Part shown: piece after piece, positions 46,161 through 61,564 of the stretch
How positions within the stretch are numbered: the stretch's first letter is position 1
Layout: each line of letters begins with the position of its first letter
NCBI RefSeq assembly: GCF_009914755.1
Contig: NC_060928.1
Reading direction: 5' to 3' (one strand)
Length of the DNA: 64,000 nt
From: the human T2T-CHM13v2.0 reference genome, Homo sapiens
Translations under genes and position numbers: made by a program
The notes under the pieces: generated by a model
What the model was told of the DNA's origin: nothing
Databases searched by the model: none
Seen by the model: only the letters and a program-made list of their open reading frames with translations

Positions 46161-48619
46161 TTTTTTTCTGTTGTTAATAACAACTAAGGTTGATTTTGAA
46201 AGAAATGATTCAGAACACCAGATTTCCCGGGTAGAAAATATGATTCAATTGCCTACTGATTTCATCCTATTATCTCACTCTGTTAACTCTGGATACCTGG
46301 AGTCGAAGTTAACTAGATGCTACATGTCACTCTAATTTGCACTAAAAGTGACTTGGGGATCAGAGAAAAACCTTTAATATCTACTCATAAAGTGATCTTG
46401 GTAGTCCATCAAAGCTTAGAAAATTATTCTTCAATATTATGCTGAATATGTAAGTTTAATGTATAATCTTTGTTACCAAACTCCAAGCAGAATGCTCAAT
46501 GCCTCTCCTCTTGTTCTTGTAGATGATCTAATATTAAATCATTATACAAATAATGGGTCCAAATATTCATCTAAATGCAGCAGAATTTTATTCACTGAGG
46601 TTGTGTCAACTCCTGCTAGGAATAAGAAGAATTCTTCCATTGATTTTCTTTCCCTCTTCCTCCCTTTTATTATTTCCTTCTTTTTTTTTGGTGGTATTTA
46701 TTGAGTTACAAGAGTTTATTAGTAGGTTAGATGACTCTGATTTTCCTGATTCCCCGCTTCTCTTGGCCTCACCACCCACAACAATATTTATCTGTTCTAA
46801 TCTGTGGTTCTTCTTTTCAGTGCCAAACACTTTCTGAAGAAACAGATGTCCTTCGACTTGGTTTCGGTTATGATTTGGAACAGGTTCCCAGGCCTTTAGG
46901 GAGGGACTGGAAATTTCAACCCAACTCAGCCTTATTTCTCAACTTGAGAAGTTCCTGGACTCCTTTACCTTCAATCAGAGTGTGCCCATGGGGCTTGGTG
47001 ATGAATACAATCTTATTTGTGACCTAATCCATACTTCACAAGAGTGAGAACTAGTGCTGGAAGGGATCAGTTTCTCATTTTGGTTCATTCCCTGCTGCCC
47101 ACATAGAATTGTTTTCTTATTCAGCTGGGACCTAATTCTGAAGATTAAAAACACTGAGGGTATCATAGCTCTCCAAGACCAAAAGATGCTTGTGTTGTTT
47201 GGCAGTAGGGAAAATTTATGAATAGCTTTTGAGATAATTTAGCATTTAATGGCCAGTAACATATGACTTTTGTGATGTAATACCATAAGTTATACATGTA
47301 GTCATTCTAATTCTCCACCTCTGTAGGGACTAGATTCTTAACATCTTTTTATCCCAACAGGTAGTTAACTTTGCAGATGGTCCTCCAGCTTTGCATAAGT
47401 TGCCAAGGAAGAGGAAGAAAAAACTTTTCTGGCTAGATCAAGGAAGGAGTAGTGGTCTGAATAGATATGTAAATGAGAGCAGGCGGCATCTTTCTCACAA
47501 TGACATTTAAATAGTCTAGCTTGTTTGTATACAAGAGCAGCTATGACACAATGCTGTCACATGGTAGGAAAACAGTGAGGTCCCACAGATTTGGGGAAAG
47601 GGGATGCGGAATGGGAGGTGGAGCTGGCACTTCTTGCCCCGGCATCTCCCTGGAAACCAGTTGCATCAGGCGAGCTCCAAAGGGCAGACTGAGCACTGGC
47701 TACCAAGAAAGGGAAGGCTGAGCATGTGTTCTCAGCCACTGGGTCTCTTGGCCTCCAGCTCTCTGCTGATGGATGACAATAGAGCCATGATGTAGACAGT
47801 TGGCCTTGATTCTGTGAGTGGCAGTCAGTGCTAGGTGGGACTAGGCAGCTCTAGGAGTACTAGAAATTGGCCTGGCAGCTTCTCTTTTTGCTTTAGACCA
47901 TTCTGAAGCTTAAAAGCATCATAGTTGGGGGATAACATGATGATAAAAATTATGTTAATGATGCTGATGTTGCTGATGATAAAAGGTACTATTTATTGGG
48001 TGCTTATTATGTGCCTGCTAAAGTCTATGTACAGTTGGCCCCTCGAAGTGGCGCAAAATACATTTTGTATTTTGTATTTTGGCCTTGATTTTCATGATTC
48101 AGGACAGAATCAGTTAACACTGGTTGATTTTTGACCAAACTGTTCTTACTGGAATTAGGTTTTCCTTTTAAGCCCAGTTCACTGTTCTGAGATTTTTTAA
48201 AAAGTACAATACAATTTTATAATAGAACACCTCATATGTTCCTTAGGATGTGTGTGTGTTTACATCTGAGGCAGAAGAAAGGTATCAGATATGATCTTTT
48301 TTGGAGGAAGGGTAGGGTAGATAAAAGGATGACTTCAGTGCTATTAAATCAGGAAAGGAAGGGATAATAGAACTTTGGTTTTAAGTGATTGAGAAATATA
48401 AAAATAGCCTAAACTAGAGGGCTAAAGATAATATAGGGGAAAAATAGTTCTTAAAAAAATGATAGAATATTGGAAAGACTTCTGTCTGGACATAAGATGT
48501 TATATTTCAAGGAGGAATGATGCCGTGGAATTCAGTTCTGCTGTGATAAAATTCCATGTTTGCAATATTGAAAACAACACTTCCAAAGAGATGCCCATGC
48601 ATCTAACCCTGATGGGATG

Positions 48620-48991
48620 TGTATTAGTTCATTTACATACTGCCATAAAGATACGACCTGAGACTGGGTAATTTATAAAGAAAGGAGGTTTAACTGACTT
48701 ACAGTTCCACGTGGCTGGGGAGGCCTCAAGAAACTTATAATTATGATGGAAGGCAAAGGGGAAGCAAGACAGGTCTCATATGGTGGCAGGAGAGAGAGAG
48801 CAAGCGAAGAGGGAACTGCCAAATGCTTTTAAAACCATTAGCTCTCATGAGAACTCACTCACCATCATGAGAACAGCATGGGGTAACCGCCCCCGTGATC
48901 CAGTCATCTCCCTGCAGGCTCCCTGTCCTGACATGTGGGGATTACAACTTGAGATGAGATTTGGGTGGGGACACAGAGCCAAACCATATCA
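48620..48991 (-). mobile_element. THE1D-like solo LTR
   Basis: tgtattagttc...aaaccatatca; TSD ggatg on both sides. Confidence 0.85.
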
Positions 48992-49341
48992 GGATGGCTA
49001 GTGTATCTCAGGGAATTACCTTTGGCATCAGGAAAAGGACAGATGATATAGTCATATAAAATGCACCTAAGAAATAACTTGGCTGATACCTTTTCCCACT
49101 GTCAGCAAAACTGTGCTCTATGCTGAGACCTTAAGAATAAAATATTGGTTAGGTTGGGAAAGCTCCATGTTTCCACTGTCCTGCATTTTGCCTGTGAGAG
49201 TTACTCTAGTGTGGCTGTTGGAGGCTGCAGCTTGGCCTCCTGGTCAGTGTAAGTTAGGGACTGCCCCACCCATTCACCCCTAGATAGCCCATTAGGAGGC
49301 CATGGAGGAATACACCTGCACTTGCTTTTAAAATCAAGGTC

Positions 49342-49670
<329 letters not shown>

Positions 49671-52600
49671 GAAATCAAGGTCAAGAACAGAAGGACTTGT
49701 AGCTTTTTCATTTCCATGACTGAAAACTGTTAAAAAAAATTCCTCAGCCTTATTTTTTTGCCAAGTATGTTCACCAAATGGGTCTGCACCAAGTGAGGAA
49801 CTGAAGTTATATTTATTGCAATGAGTACATAGCTATCTTTTTCTCCCCTCAGAAGTGTTTAAAAAATATTTTGAACAATTATTTTATTTTAATTGAATAT
49901 CTTATTCCAATTGAAATGGAATGAAAGCGACAATAAGCTCAGTCAAATTGTTAAAATATGAAAATAATTATTTGGGAGACTTGGCTATCACTCATTTGTA
50001 AGTTTGCTTCAGTATAAACAGTGGCAAAAATAAGCATTAATATTTTAATGTGTGAAAGTGTGCTTTCAAAAATTATTTCCTGAAAAGTGTTTACTGAGCT
50101 CCAACAATGTGCAGCATAGTGTTAGGCATGGTGTTAGGTAATGAACAAAATAAACATACTTCCTGCCCTCATGAAATATACAATGTGGCAGGGGGACAGA
50201 GAGATTAAACAATACATATATAATTACGATTTGGAATACATACTATGAAGACAAAGAATGGGGCAGGGGGGATTAAGAGAAAAGCACTCTTTAAAAAGAC
50301 AAGGATTCTTAGTGAAAATAAGATTTAAGCTAAGACCACGGAAGAATTCTAAGCAGGAGAATTTGATTGATGATGATTTATTGAGAAAAGGGCTTGCGTT
50401 GGATGCTACACATACTTTTATTATGATTGTGTTTTGAAACAAGGTAGGGTAGAAACACTCTTAAATTTCTCTAGGTCTATTGAAGGTAGATATGTGTTGG
50501 TGGTAGGGCAGGGGGTGAAGGTACCTGCCTCGGAAGTTCTTGAATATTCCTTGCAGGCCACTCAGAGTTTGCATGATGATCCACTGTCCATTTTACATCT
50601 GAGGCACAGATAAGAACTCTTCTAAGAAAAATGCGGAGAGGACTTTGGGATTTGTGTTTGAGCCTAGACTCTGGATTAAAATTCTTGGACAAAATAGAGG
50701 CTGTAGAGGCTGTACTCCACTCTTAGCAGGAAGGGGCTGCGGGAAACCTGCTTGCTTTTCAGTGAGGGAAGAGAGCCATTTTGTGTGAGACTTAGGGTGG
50801 TGACCCACAGATGTCTTCTCATTTGGGAACTTTTCCCAAATTCTTCCAAAAGAGGGGGCTTTATAAACTACTAAAGCCAGGTGCCCTTTGGGATCCTCAT
50901 AAATTGTAAACCCTGGAGGTCCTTGACTGAGATTCCTTTCAACACTTGAACTACCATTCTTAGACCCCCTCCCCCATCTTCCCAGTCTAACATGGCTGCT
51001 GGAGAGTCGTGATCACATCACCTTTCCAGGAAGCTGGATGGAGGCAAGGAAAGTGAAGAGTGCATCCTTCCCATATAAGGTGGCTTCTGGGAAACCCTTT
51101 CTGACATACTGGCTACTATTTTATTGCCCAGAACTTCAGGAACATGGCCCTTTCTGTATATAGGAGAGACTCTGGAGAAGGATCTTTTACCCCAGGCAGG
51201 AGTAATGCTCAGATAATATTCTTGAGTTGTATTCCTCAGGAAAAAGGGGAGAATGGCTATTGGGGTAGCCACAACCTGGAATGCCCCTTCTCCACTTCTC
51301 CAGGGACAAATCCTTTCAAGATAGAGCTTAAACCCGACTGCCTCTGCAGCATGGTCCCTGATTCCTCTAAGCTCATTAATCCTTCCCTTCTTTGTACACA
51401 CCTGAGCCTCAGTTTTTGCCTTTTTTTTAGAAAAGTTGCTGTATTTTACTATCACGAATTTTTTTTGTGTGTGTGTGTGGTGGGGGGATTTGCCTCCTTT
51501 GGTGAACCCCAGAGCCCTGTGGCCAAGGACTGCGTCTTAGTCATCACCCTGTTCCCTCCTTGTTTCAGCCAGGCTGTTCCTCACTAGGGCCTCACAGCCA
51601 CATTTCCCCACTGCCTGAGCGCTTTCTCAGTGAGTCTGTGCCCAGCTACGGTTGCCTGATTGGCACTTGGACTTGGCTGTGGCAGAGAAAATAGACTCTG
51701 TTGCTGCCCTGACAGGAAGCAAAGTGTGTGTGTGTGTGTGTGTTTTGTAGTGATTAAAAAAAGCAGTTTACCCAATAGTTGCCTGGAGACAGTCAGTGAT
51801 TGGACACTCGGAGGGTGATTTCTCTGTTGGCCCTTGGGTGAAGATATTCTTTAGGGTGCTAACCCTCCCCTCAAGTTAGACTGGGTCAGGGCTCGTTGGA
51901 GTTCCTGGCTGCAAGGCGGGAGAGCAGACATCTCTTTTCTTTAAATAAACATGCCCCCAGCATTCGGCCTTAGGGCTCTCACCTTCTCTTTCTTTCCCTA
52001 AGTCAAAGCAAACCTCTCTTTCACCTGTTATAGAAGTCTAGCTAATTCCCACTTCTTAGGATGAGGGAAAGATAGAGCACTTCCAATGATAGTGAATCTA
52101 AAAAGAAATGGAAGAATTTTTATTATAGTGGTCACCTGTATGAGTTCTTATTAGACAGGTATTTTTAAAGGAAAAAAACCCAAAATAACTGACTAGTAGC
52201 TGGTATCCATGGTATCAATAAATGGCCACGGCTGTGACTGTTAATTGTCATGACCCAATGGGAGCACTGAGAAATAGCATCCCCTCTTCTTTTCCTATGG
52301 AAAATTAAAAAAAAAGTTGCCTGTGGAGCTGAATGTTGTCATCAGCCAACAGATGAGGTTGCCACCTTTTTCCCTAAGGGACCATGCAAGATGTCATAAA
52401 TAGGAGGGGCCAGTGACAAGTAGAAGCCTGATTCATTATGCTGTTAGAGTTGACAGAGTGTGATAATAGTGATAAAAATGGCTAGTTCAGTGCCAAATAA
52501 AAATAACAGCAAACACACTTCTGGAACACTTACCATGTACAAGCGGTAGTCTAGGAGCTTGCTTGAGTGGTAGTGTAGGTGCTTGCATGAGGTGGTATAT

Positions 52601-55537
52601 TGTGTATAGAACAAACACCCAGCACAGTGCCTGATATATAAGATACTTCTCAAGCAAGCACTGTTTATGGCCGTTTTACAGATGGGAAAATGGAAGCACG
52701 GAAATGGTAAGTGATATGCTTGAAGCCACACAGATAATCAGTGGCAGAGCTGGGATTTGAACCCAGGCAAACTGGTTCCAGAGCTTGGACTGGTGACTGC
52801 TGTGTCCCGCTGCCTTATCCTTAACAGCTGCTCCGTATATATTTACTTATTGGAAAAAGTACCTTTGCAGAGTTAGTATTTGGGACCCTTTAGAAGTAAA
52901 AGCGAAACTTCTAAAAAGATCATGGTCCCAAGTAACTACCTAACCAAGCAGGTGACCTGCCTCTCTCCTTCTCTCTCTTCATTCCCTTAATGGTTCAATA
53001 TGCTGTTTATTGAGCATCTTCTATATACATAGCACCGTTAGTTGCGAGGAAACAATTTCATCCATATGGCTCCCAAGCACATTCTCTGAAACTGGAACCC
53101 TTTCAATATGTTTTAAAAGATAATTGTCAGTAGGGTGGTTAGGACCATGATGAAAAATCATTACAGGAGCCCAATGAACCATCATCAGTGGGTGGAACCA
53201 TTTTTACTCCCTTTCACTTCACGTCTATTTCCCCAGTCTTTTTCTCCTTGATTGGAACCTGACTCCCCCACTGGATTCAAATAGTCCTTGATGCTGAGAT
53301 CCAGACTGGAATGATTATAAACAAGGGGAAGGAAAATGTGGATTTAGGGTGCCTCCCTGCCAGGCACCGTTAGTTCTTTGCGTATGGTATTCTGTTTAGT
53401 CTTTGTGTAACACAGGTATCTGCTGCCCCCGTCCCAGTTTGAAGTTCTCTACTGTGCCTGTTTCAATAAATTTCACCCATGTTAAGACTGGCAGGCCTGA
53501 TCCCACGTAGCTCCTGAGTCCCCACATAGTGCCCACATGATAGTTCTTCTTTTGGCCTCATCTGGCACCTCCCAACAGCAGCTCCACTCTTAGACCTCTC
53601 ATGTGGCACAGGCTCTGGCATTCTGAACAAATATAGTTGGCTATTTTATAATGTCGGTTTCTGTAATGAGGATTATTACATATGCGATTGGGAAATAAGA
53701 GAAGCATGCTTGGTAAGGTGCAAGTTGCGATGGTTCATGTGAGATTTTTATTAACACTTGCGTATTTTGTACCACCAAATAGCAGTAGTTGAAAACAAAA
53801 TAGGATAGTAGAGGTGAACACAACCAGCCAGGGAGGTGAACACCCCTCTTTTTGCTCTAGACTCCATTTGGCTTTGTGTTGATTGAAACGTCTGCTTTTC
53901 CCAGATCTTTCTGCATTTTCCTCTCATCTCCATAATGCAGCAGTCTCGGTCTTTCCTCACACCCTTCCACCATGCGCTCTTGCCCCCCACCTTTTTGTGT
54001 AATCTTCCGTTTGTTCTGTAATAGGAAATAGAAAACATCTTTTTATGTGTGCTGGTAATTTTTAGTGTTCTTGTTTTTGTTACTGCTCTGGTTACAAAGT
54101 TGAGTAGGGTTTGGGCCTTTTACATGAACTCTGTATTTTCCACAAGCCCTGTTATTTTTAGTGTGAGATTTTGTAGGATACAAGGTTTTTGGCTGGCTGT
54201 CTTAGTTTGGGACATTATTCATACATTTACAGGAATATGGATACTGTTTTATGGTAGAAATACATAGATATTAATAGTTTGGGCAGATAGTATCTCTCAC
54301 ACACTTACCCACACAGATGCATACATAAAACAATACCTTGAAGATTCCCAGTGCTGGAGCCTGGGATCTTGGGTCATATGGAAAATGTTTTCTTTAGGAA
54401 TTTCACATTTCCTATCTGCTATCAGAAGACCTTGGACAACATTTCCAGGAGAAGCTTCTGTTGCCTTTGGAGGAGGTAGTTGAATATTGTCTGTGTGTGT
54501 GTTTTTCTGATCCATTTTTCTTTGAGATTTTGTGCCTGGGTACTACATAAAGCAGCACTGTTTTCATCCAGGAAACCTACAGGAGTTACTTATTGTGAGT
54601 GAGAAGCTTAAGTGAGTTGGAAATGAGGAAACTGAGACTTGAGGGTTGGCAATTTGTCTGAGGGTCAGTGACTTCTTGGCTGCGATTATTCCTGTTCTCT
54701 GGAGCCCTTTCTACACCAGTATATGAGTATTGGCAATTTGTCTCCGTTTGGGACATCATTCATTCATTCATCATATAGTTATTGAGCGTGTCCTAGGGAC
54801 TCAGTAGTATGAGAGACAAATGTGAGATTTCCATTCCACCTGGAAGGATGGACGCTGAGCACAGAATCACGCGTGTGATGCATGCTTGGAAAGGGAAGAG
54901 CAAGTTGGTCTGGAACACAAAAAGGGCCGGGATCTCCTTTGGTCTAAGGGGCAATGGGACAGCCTCTCTGAGGAAGTGCTATGTAAGCTGAGACCCCAAG
55001 GATGAGCAGGGGTTGGCCATGCAAAAATGAGCAAGAAATCATGTTCTAGGCAAACACTTCAGGCTGTAGTGTTTGCCTTAATGGAAGAGCTGAAGAAGAC
55101 CAGTAAGGCAGGAGCTTTGGGAGTAGGTATGAGGGAGGTGCAGGATGAAGCTAGAGTGGGCTGCAGGAAAGCTGCATGGTCCTGGCACCGAAGATAGGAA
55201 TCCTCCGTGCTTCTTGGCCCGGCCTGGGCCATGGCTGGCCTTGTCTGGGAGGACAGCAGTTGGATTTTCTCCAAACTCTCTCAAATTACTATAGTTCCTG
55301 ACAAAAGAATAGAAACATAGCTAACATTTATGAGAGCTTATGGCCTGGCAAATTCTGTCCTAAGCACCTGACTTTTCAACCATCCTATGAGCTAGCTACA
55401 AACTCTTATTACTCCCATTAAACCTAGAAATGAGTGAATGGCTAAGGGTTTTACGGTCATTAGGTGGTAGAGCTGATCTTCAAACTCATGCAGTCTGGCT
55501 GCTTTACCTGTGCTCCTAACCACCATGCTATGGGGTG

Positions 55538-55914
55538 TGATATGGTTTGGATTTATGTCCCTGCCCAAATCTCATGTTGAATTGTAATCCCCAATGTTGG
55601 AGGAGGGGCCTGGTGGGAGGTGACTGGATCATGGGGGCAAATTTCCCCCTTGCTGTTCTTGAGATAGTGAGGGAGCTCTCACGGGATCTGGTTGTTTAAA
55701 AGTGTGTAGTACCTCCCCCTGCTCTCTCTTCCTCCTGTTCCTACCATGCAGGACATGCCTACTTCCCCTTCTGCCATGATTGTAAGTTTCCTGAGTCTCC
55801 CCAGCCATGCTTCCTGTAGAGCCTGCAGGACTGTAAGCCAATTAAACCTTTTTTCTTTATAAATTACCCAGCCTCAGGTAGTTCTATATAGCAGTGTGAG
55901 AACAGACTAATACA
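55538..55914 (+). mobile_element. MSTA solo LTR
   Basis: tgatatggtttgg...cagactaataca; TSD gggtg. Confidence 0.88.
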
Positions 55915-58854
55915 GGGTGCAAATGCAGGCTGTTGACCAAGGGTGTCTGTGAGGGATATTGATGAGGGGGAACAGCAGTAAAGAGCTGGGGGCAGGAGGG
56001 TAGAGGTAGGGGATGCCTAAGGATGCTGGAGGCCAGTGTTGGCTTTAGACATGTTTTCTGTATTTTAAAAGAAACTCCAAAAATAAGTCCTCTCACCTTG
56101 ACAGTTTTGCCACCTGGGAAGGAGAGTGATTGTATAGAAAGAGTGCTCCAGGCATCTCCCAAACCCCACATTCTAATGCATGGGGACTCTGGTTCCCAAG
56201 CAGCCTGATGAACCCTGGTATTGCTCTGACATGATAGGCCACTCATTTTTAACTTCCATCAAGAGTTGTAAGTAGTATGATATATTTAAAAATGTATTTC
56301 TTATTTTATTTTAAACTCTGTGTGTGTGTTTAATAATTTTTTTCATTCAATTTTTTTTTTTGTTTTAGTTAGCATTCTTATGGTTGCAAGCAACAGAAAT
56401 CCAACCAAAACTGGCTCTAAAAAATAGACAGTTGATTGCTCATTGACGTTCTGGAGGTAGATCCCTACTTCATACAAAGGCTGACTCAGCAGCTCAATGA
56501 TATCAGTAAGGATCTGGATTCTCTCTCTCTTTCCACCGTGCTGTGCATTGTGTGGCTTTATGCTCTGGCTTTACATAGGGCCTCCACACCTGCCCTACCC
56601 CACTTCAGAAGGTCCAGGCTTTTCCACTAAAGGCTGGCTGGGAAAGAGCGACTCCAGTCCTCAAGTTCTCTTTACACCCTCTGGGCAGAGAAAGAGGACA
56701 CATTCTCATTCATGATCACCAGGGAAATAGATGAGTTGATTAGCCTAAGCCAATCAGACTTCACCCTGGTCCGTCCCTATCAAAGATGCTGGCTGCTACC
56801 CAACAGAGAAGCAGTGAATTCCCTAGAGGAAAATCTGGGTACTTTTAGTAGAAGAATGGGTAAAGTGGATGCCAAAGAGGCTACCACCAATTGTTACTAA
56901 CATTTTATTAAAAATGTGGTAATATACAAGAACACACAGATGATAAGGGAAGGAAGGAAATAATTAAAATGAACTATTCAGAACACTGACTACTTCTTGG
57001 AGGTGAGTATAAGATTATAAGCTGGGAGTGGTTAAAAAGAGGCATTAATAGATTGTTTTACTCCTATTTTTATAAGACTAGAACAGTGCTATTTTTAGAG
57101 GTATCACTGAATGTCAAGTGCCCAACCCATACCTAATGGGTTCTATTAGGTGTAAAAATGTGATTGAATGAACTGGATTGATTTTTAAACTGTTGATTAA
57201 AAAAATAAAGATGTTCATCCTGGGTACTTCAACTCTCCTTTCTTCCCAATATATATAAACCTTTACACTGAATTACTGTAACTTTAAAAAAATGTTATAA
57301 ATTAAAGTATCCAATACCAGTATCTGATTTTTTTCCCATTTAATTTCATATTTCTCAGGTAAAGATATCTATTTTTTGGAGCCTGAAGCCTAGAAATAGC
57401 AAAACCATGCAGTTGCTGTTCACCGGACACTCCGGGTCCAGGGGGTGTGCAGCTCTGTGCCTGAGCAGTCCCCAGGCATGTGGGGCTTTTCTAAAAGTGG
57501 ATACAGCGGCTGTCGCCCACTGATCCTCTGTGCTGAGTGACCCAGATTGGCACAGCGCAGCTGGGTCCTACCCAGGGCGAGTACGGGAAAGAGGAGTAAA
57601 AATAAAAACTGGTTGGGCAGCTTAGGTGGAGTCAGGATACTTGAAAGCTCACAGGTTACTTTGCTAATTCTTGGGCAGATTTTTCCTTTTTTCTTTTTTG
57701 AGGGGATAGTGATGATTCCAATGACAGTTTTCTAGATTTCTTGGATTTGACAAAATAGTTTCATACAGAACAGCAAAATGAAGTATGTAGAAAATATGTT
57801 TTTTGAGATTAGAACATTTGCCCTTGACATGAGTTTCTTATTTATCCTATTCAACATTCAAGTCTCCAATAAAGTTTTCCCCAAAGGTATCTCTTTTATG
57901 GAGTTACTTTCTGAATGAAGACATTTCTGTCTTTTTTGTTAATAGAACGAAATGTACTTGCCATTATAGTTTCTATATAGTTTTCTATGTTATCTAAGAA
58001 AAATGAGTAAGAGTGTTTAGGTATGGTGTCAAGTTACCCACCCAGAATAGTTGTTCAATCTCTGCCACTGTTTGGCATTTTGACATTTGTGTTTTTAAAG
58101 TGTAGTAGATTTGCTAATTTTTGAAGCTTTGGTCCTTACTATTAGAAATTTTGAGGTTTTATTTTTGGTGTTTGACCAAGGGATTTTTTTAAAATGCAAA
58201 AGCAGATTTTATGTAATGTTTTCCTCAGTTATGGATAGCTTTGATAAACTATATGAAATTTTTTCCCTCCTGAATGCTTTGTGGCTTTTACTGTAATAAT
58301 CTTTCTGTGATCTGTAGACCAATAATTAAATCTCCAAATGGCCTTTACCTTGCAATAGCAATTGAAAATAATATTAAATATTTATACTTAAAATATATGG
58401 GAAATGTGGATATAACTTCTTTTAAAGATAAAATGTCCTTAAAATACCCTAGTAGTAGGAATACCCTAGGGTAAGACATATTTCTGGGAAAAAGAATTTT
58501 CTGCAATGTTTACCTCATGACACTAATTTGGAACTAGAGTTCTTCTAAGAAATTTCTTACGTTTTCGTTCATTAAGTTATTTATTTATAAAATCTATTAA
58601 GAGACTGCTAATAGCTATGGGTTTCCTTTTGGGGTGATGGAAATGTTCTGGAATTGGATAGTGGTGATGGTTGCCCATATGCAGTACTTAGTGAAAAACT
58701 AAAATTTTTTTAATTATAAAAGGGTGAATTTGATGGTATCTGAGTTATATCTTAACAAAAAATCTGCTACGAGCTCTTAATGTTTTAAGCATGATTTTGA
58801 GCTCCCAAGGTATGTAAACAAGCACATGAAATTAAGACTTTCAGATGTATGTAC

Positions 58855-61385
58855 AATATTGCAGCATAACAAACCACCCCCAAACCCAGTGGCAGATGGC
58901 AATGGTATATTTTATTTTTCTTGCTCACGGGTTGAAGGGTCAGCTTGAGCAGCTCTGCTTCAAGCTGTGGATTGGCTGCACTTGGCTCAAGGCTGTGGGT
59001 TACGTTCAAGTCTGTTTCATGTGTCTCCTTTCTTCTTGGACCACAGACTACCTGGGAGATGCTCTCTTTATGGCAAATGAATGACAGGTGCACCAGAACC
59101 CAGCCAAAACCATGCAACAAATGGTTTTAAAGTCTCCACTTGCATCACATCTACTCACATTCCACTGCAAAAACAAGTGATATGGCCAAGTCCAAAGTCA
59201 GTGGGGCAGGAAAGGGCATTCTGCTCACAGTGCGAGGGGAGAGGAGTGGATATTTTTCCAGTAATACTCTCATCTACCGCAAAGTCTGTTCAGGTTTCCT
59301 TGGTGCTGCAAAGGAAGATGTGAACATTCTCCCTGGGTATTGGAATGTTTGAGAGATGGGCATTGGGTTCCTTGGTGCCTTGGTTTGTTTTCTGTTGCTA
59401 TAACTAAATACCACAGGCTGGGTAATGTACAAAGAAAATAAATTTATTTGTTACAATTCTGGAGACTGGGAAGTCCAAGGTTAAGGGGCTGCATATAGTG
59501 AGGGGCGTTCTTGCTAGTGGAGACGCTGCAGAATCCCAAGATGTTGCGGGGCATCACATGGCAAGAAGGGCTCACTAGAGACGGCCAAACTGGTTTTGGT
59601 AAGAGACCCACTCTTGTGATAACTGACCCACTCCCTTGGTAACCCATTAATCCATTAATTCATGAATGAATTAATCCAATCATGAGGGCAGAATGCTCAT
59701 GACCAAATCACCTCCCAAAGGTTCTATTTTTCAACACTGCTGCACTGGGGACCAAGTTTTCAACACATGAATTCTGGGGTACACACTTAAGTCATAGCAC
59801 TTGGGTTGAGTCTTGAAAAATTAGCAAGCATTGTCAGTTGGATGGGGCAGTAAGGGTGAGGAGAGGTGACAGCAATGGCTAGACCTCGAAGGGAACATGA
59901 GCAGAGGCATGGAGGTGTGTGGTAGCAGAGTGCACTTGGGAAGCAGCAGAGCTGGGACATAGCACATGGAGAGTGCTGCTGGAAGAAGACACACTGGGTC
60001 ACATCAGCAGAGGCCTTGTGTGCCATGCCTGAGGGTTTGGTGTTGGAACTAAATGGGCTGGGCTCAGAGTCAGCCTGAATCGCAAACTTGGCTCTGCCAT
60101 TTACTAATGCTATGACTGTGGGGGAAGTTATTTGGCCTCTCTGTGCTTTACCTCTTAATCTGTGAAATGGTGAGGGTATTTTTAGCACCTACCTTGTGAA
60201 TTGTGATTAGGATTAAATAAATTAATATACTCAGTGCTTGATATAAAGTCAAGTGCTCAATAAGTTTTGGCTGCTGTTAGTATTTTTTAATGGAGTTTAG
60301 ATTTTATCTGTAAGCAATGGGGTATGACTTAAAAGTAAGAAAGGGATGTGATTATATTTTGGCAAGAAGACATTGGTGGTAGTGTAGGGGATGATTACGA
60401 TGGCCAGCATGGAAGCAGGGAGGCCATAGGGTTGTTGCAATAATAGAGGTAAGAGGTGATGATGGCAACATCAGTGGGAATGAATGTGAGAGATGTTAAA
60501 GGTGTAAAAATGATGAGACTTAGTGACTGAGTGGATGTGTGAGGTGAGAGAAACAGAGAAATCCAGGGAAAGGAGGAACAAAAGATTGTAGTAGGATTTG
60601 TTTTGTTCTGTATTTAAGGATGGGAGAGACTTGGACATATTAGAAGGCCTTGACGAAGGGGTAGAGAGGGAGCCATTTATTATATAACAATGAGAAGGAA
60701 TGATGGATAAAACAAGTTCCTGAGACATTCAGAGAGGGAGTTGAGAGTAGGTGTAAATAGTAGAAGGGACACTTTAGATACTTGTCAAGAAAACTGTTAA
60801 AAGTTTTTTGATGGTGATTTAGTTATTGGTGCATAATAGATTAGCCCAAAACACAGTAGCTTAAACCAACAAGTATTTATTATTTTATAGTTTCTATGAG
60901 TCAGAAATTTGGGAATGATTAGTTAGATGGTTCTGGCTCGGGTTTTTCTTGAGGTTGCAAACAAGATGTTGGCTGGGCAGGTGTCATCTGAAGGCTTGAC
61001 TGTGGCTGGAAGATCTGCTTCTAAGATGGCTCCCTCATGTGCCTGTATGCAGGAGGCCTCAGTACTTTGCTGGCTGTTGGCAGGAGGTATTAGTTCCTGT
61101 CATCTAGGCCTCCCTGTGGGGCTGCTTGTGTGTCCTTATAACATGGCAGCTGACTTCCCCTAAAGTGAATGATTCAGGAGAGCAAAAAGGAAGGCATGGT
61201 AGGACCTGGCTTCAGACTTCACATGTCACCATATCTGCCAACTTATCTGCCACTGTATCAGCCACCATAACTTCCTAAGAAGTTAGTCATTAAGTACAGC
61301 CCACACCCAAGAGGAGAGGAATTAGACTCCACCTTTTGAAAGGAGGAGTATCAAAGAATCTGTGGACATATTTTAAAGCCATCAT
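58855..61385 (-). mobile_element. MaLR LTR cluster (MLT1 58855-59275, MST/MLT1A 59376-59797, MLT1 60820-61385) with L2/MIR between
   Basis: gcataacaaaccacccc, ttgctataactaaataccacaggctggg and caaacacagtagcttaa-like motifs. Confidence 0.7.
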
Positions 61386-61564
61386 AAGTGGCTACACGAT
61401 CAATATGTAATTTTAACTGTAACTGGTCATTTATCATGTTTTATATATAAGGGATTCAATATTAGATATTCTGATACTAAGTCATTTGTCTAGTCCAGTC
61501 TATTTAGATAAATGATGACGGTAAGATATTCTCTCTAGATATATTTTCCAAAATAGGTCTAGTA

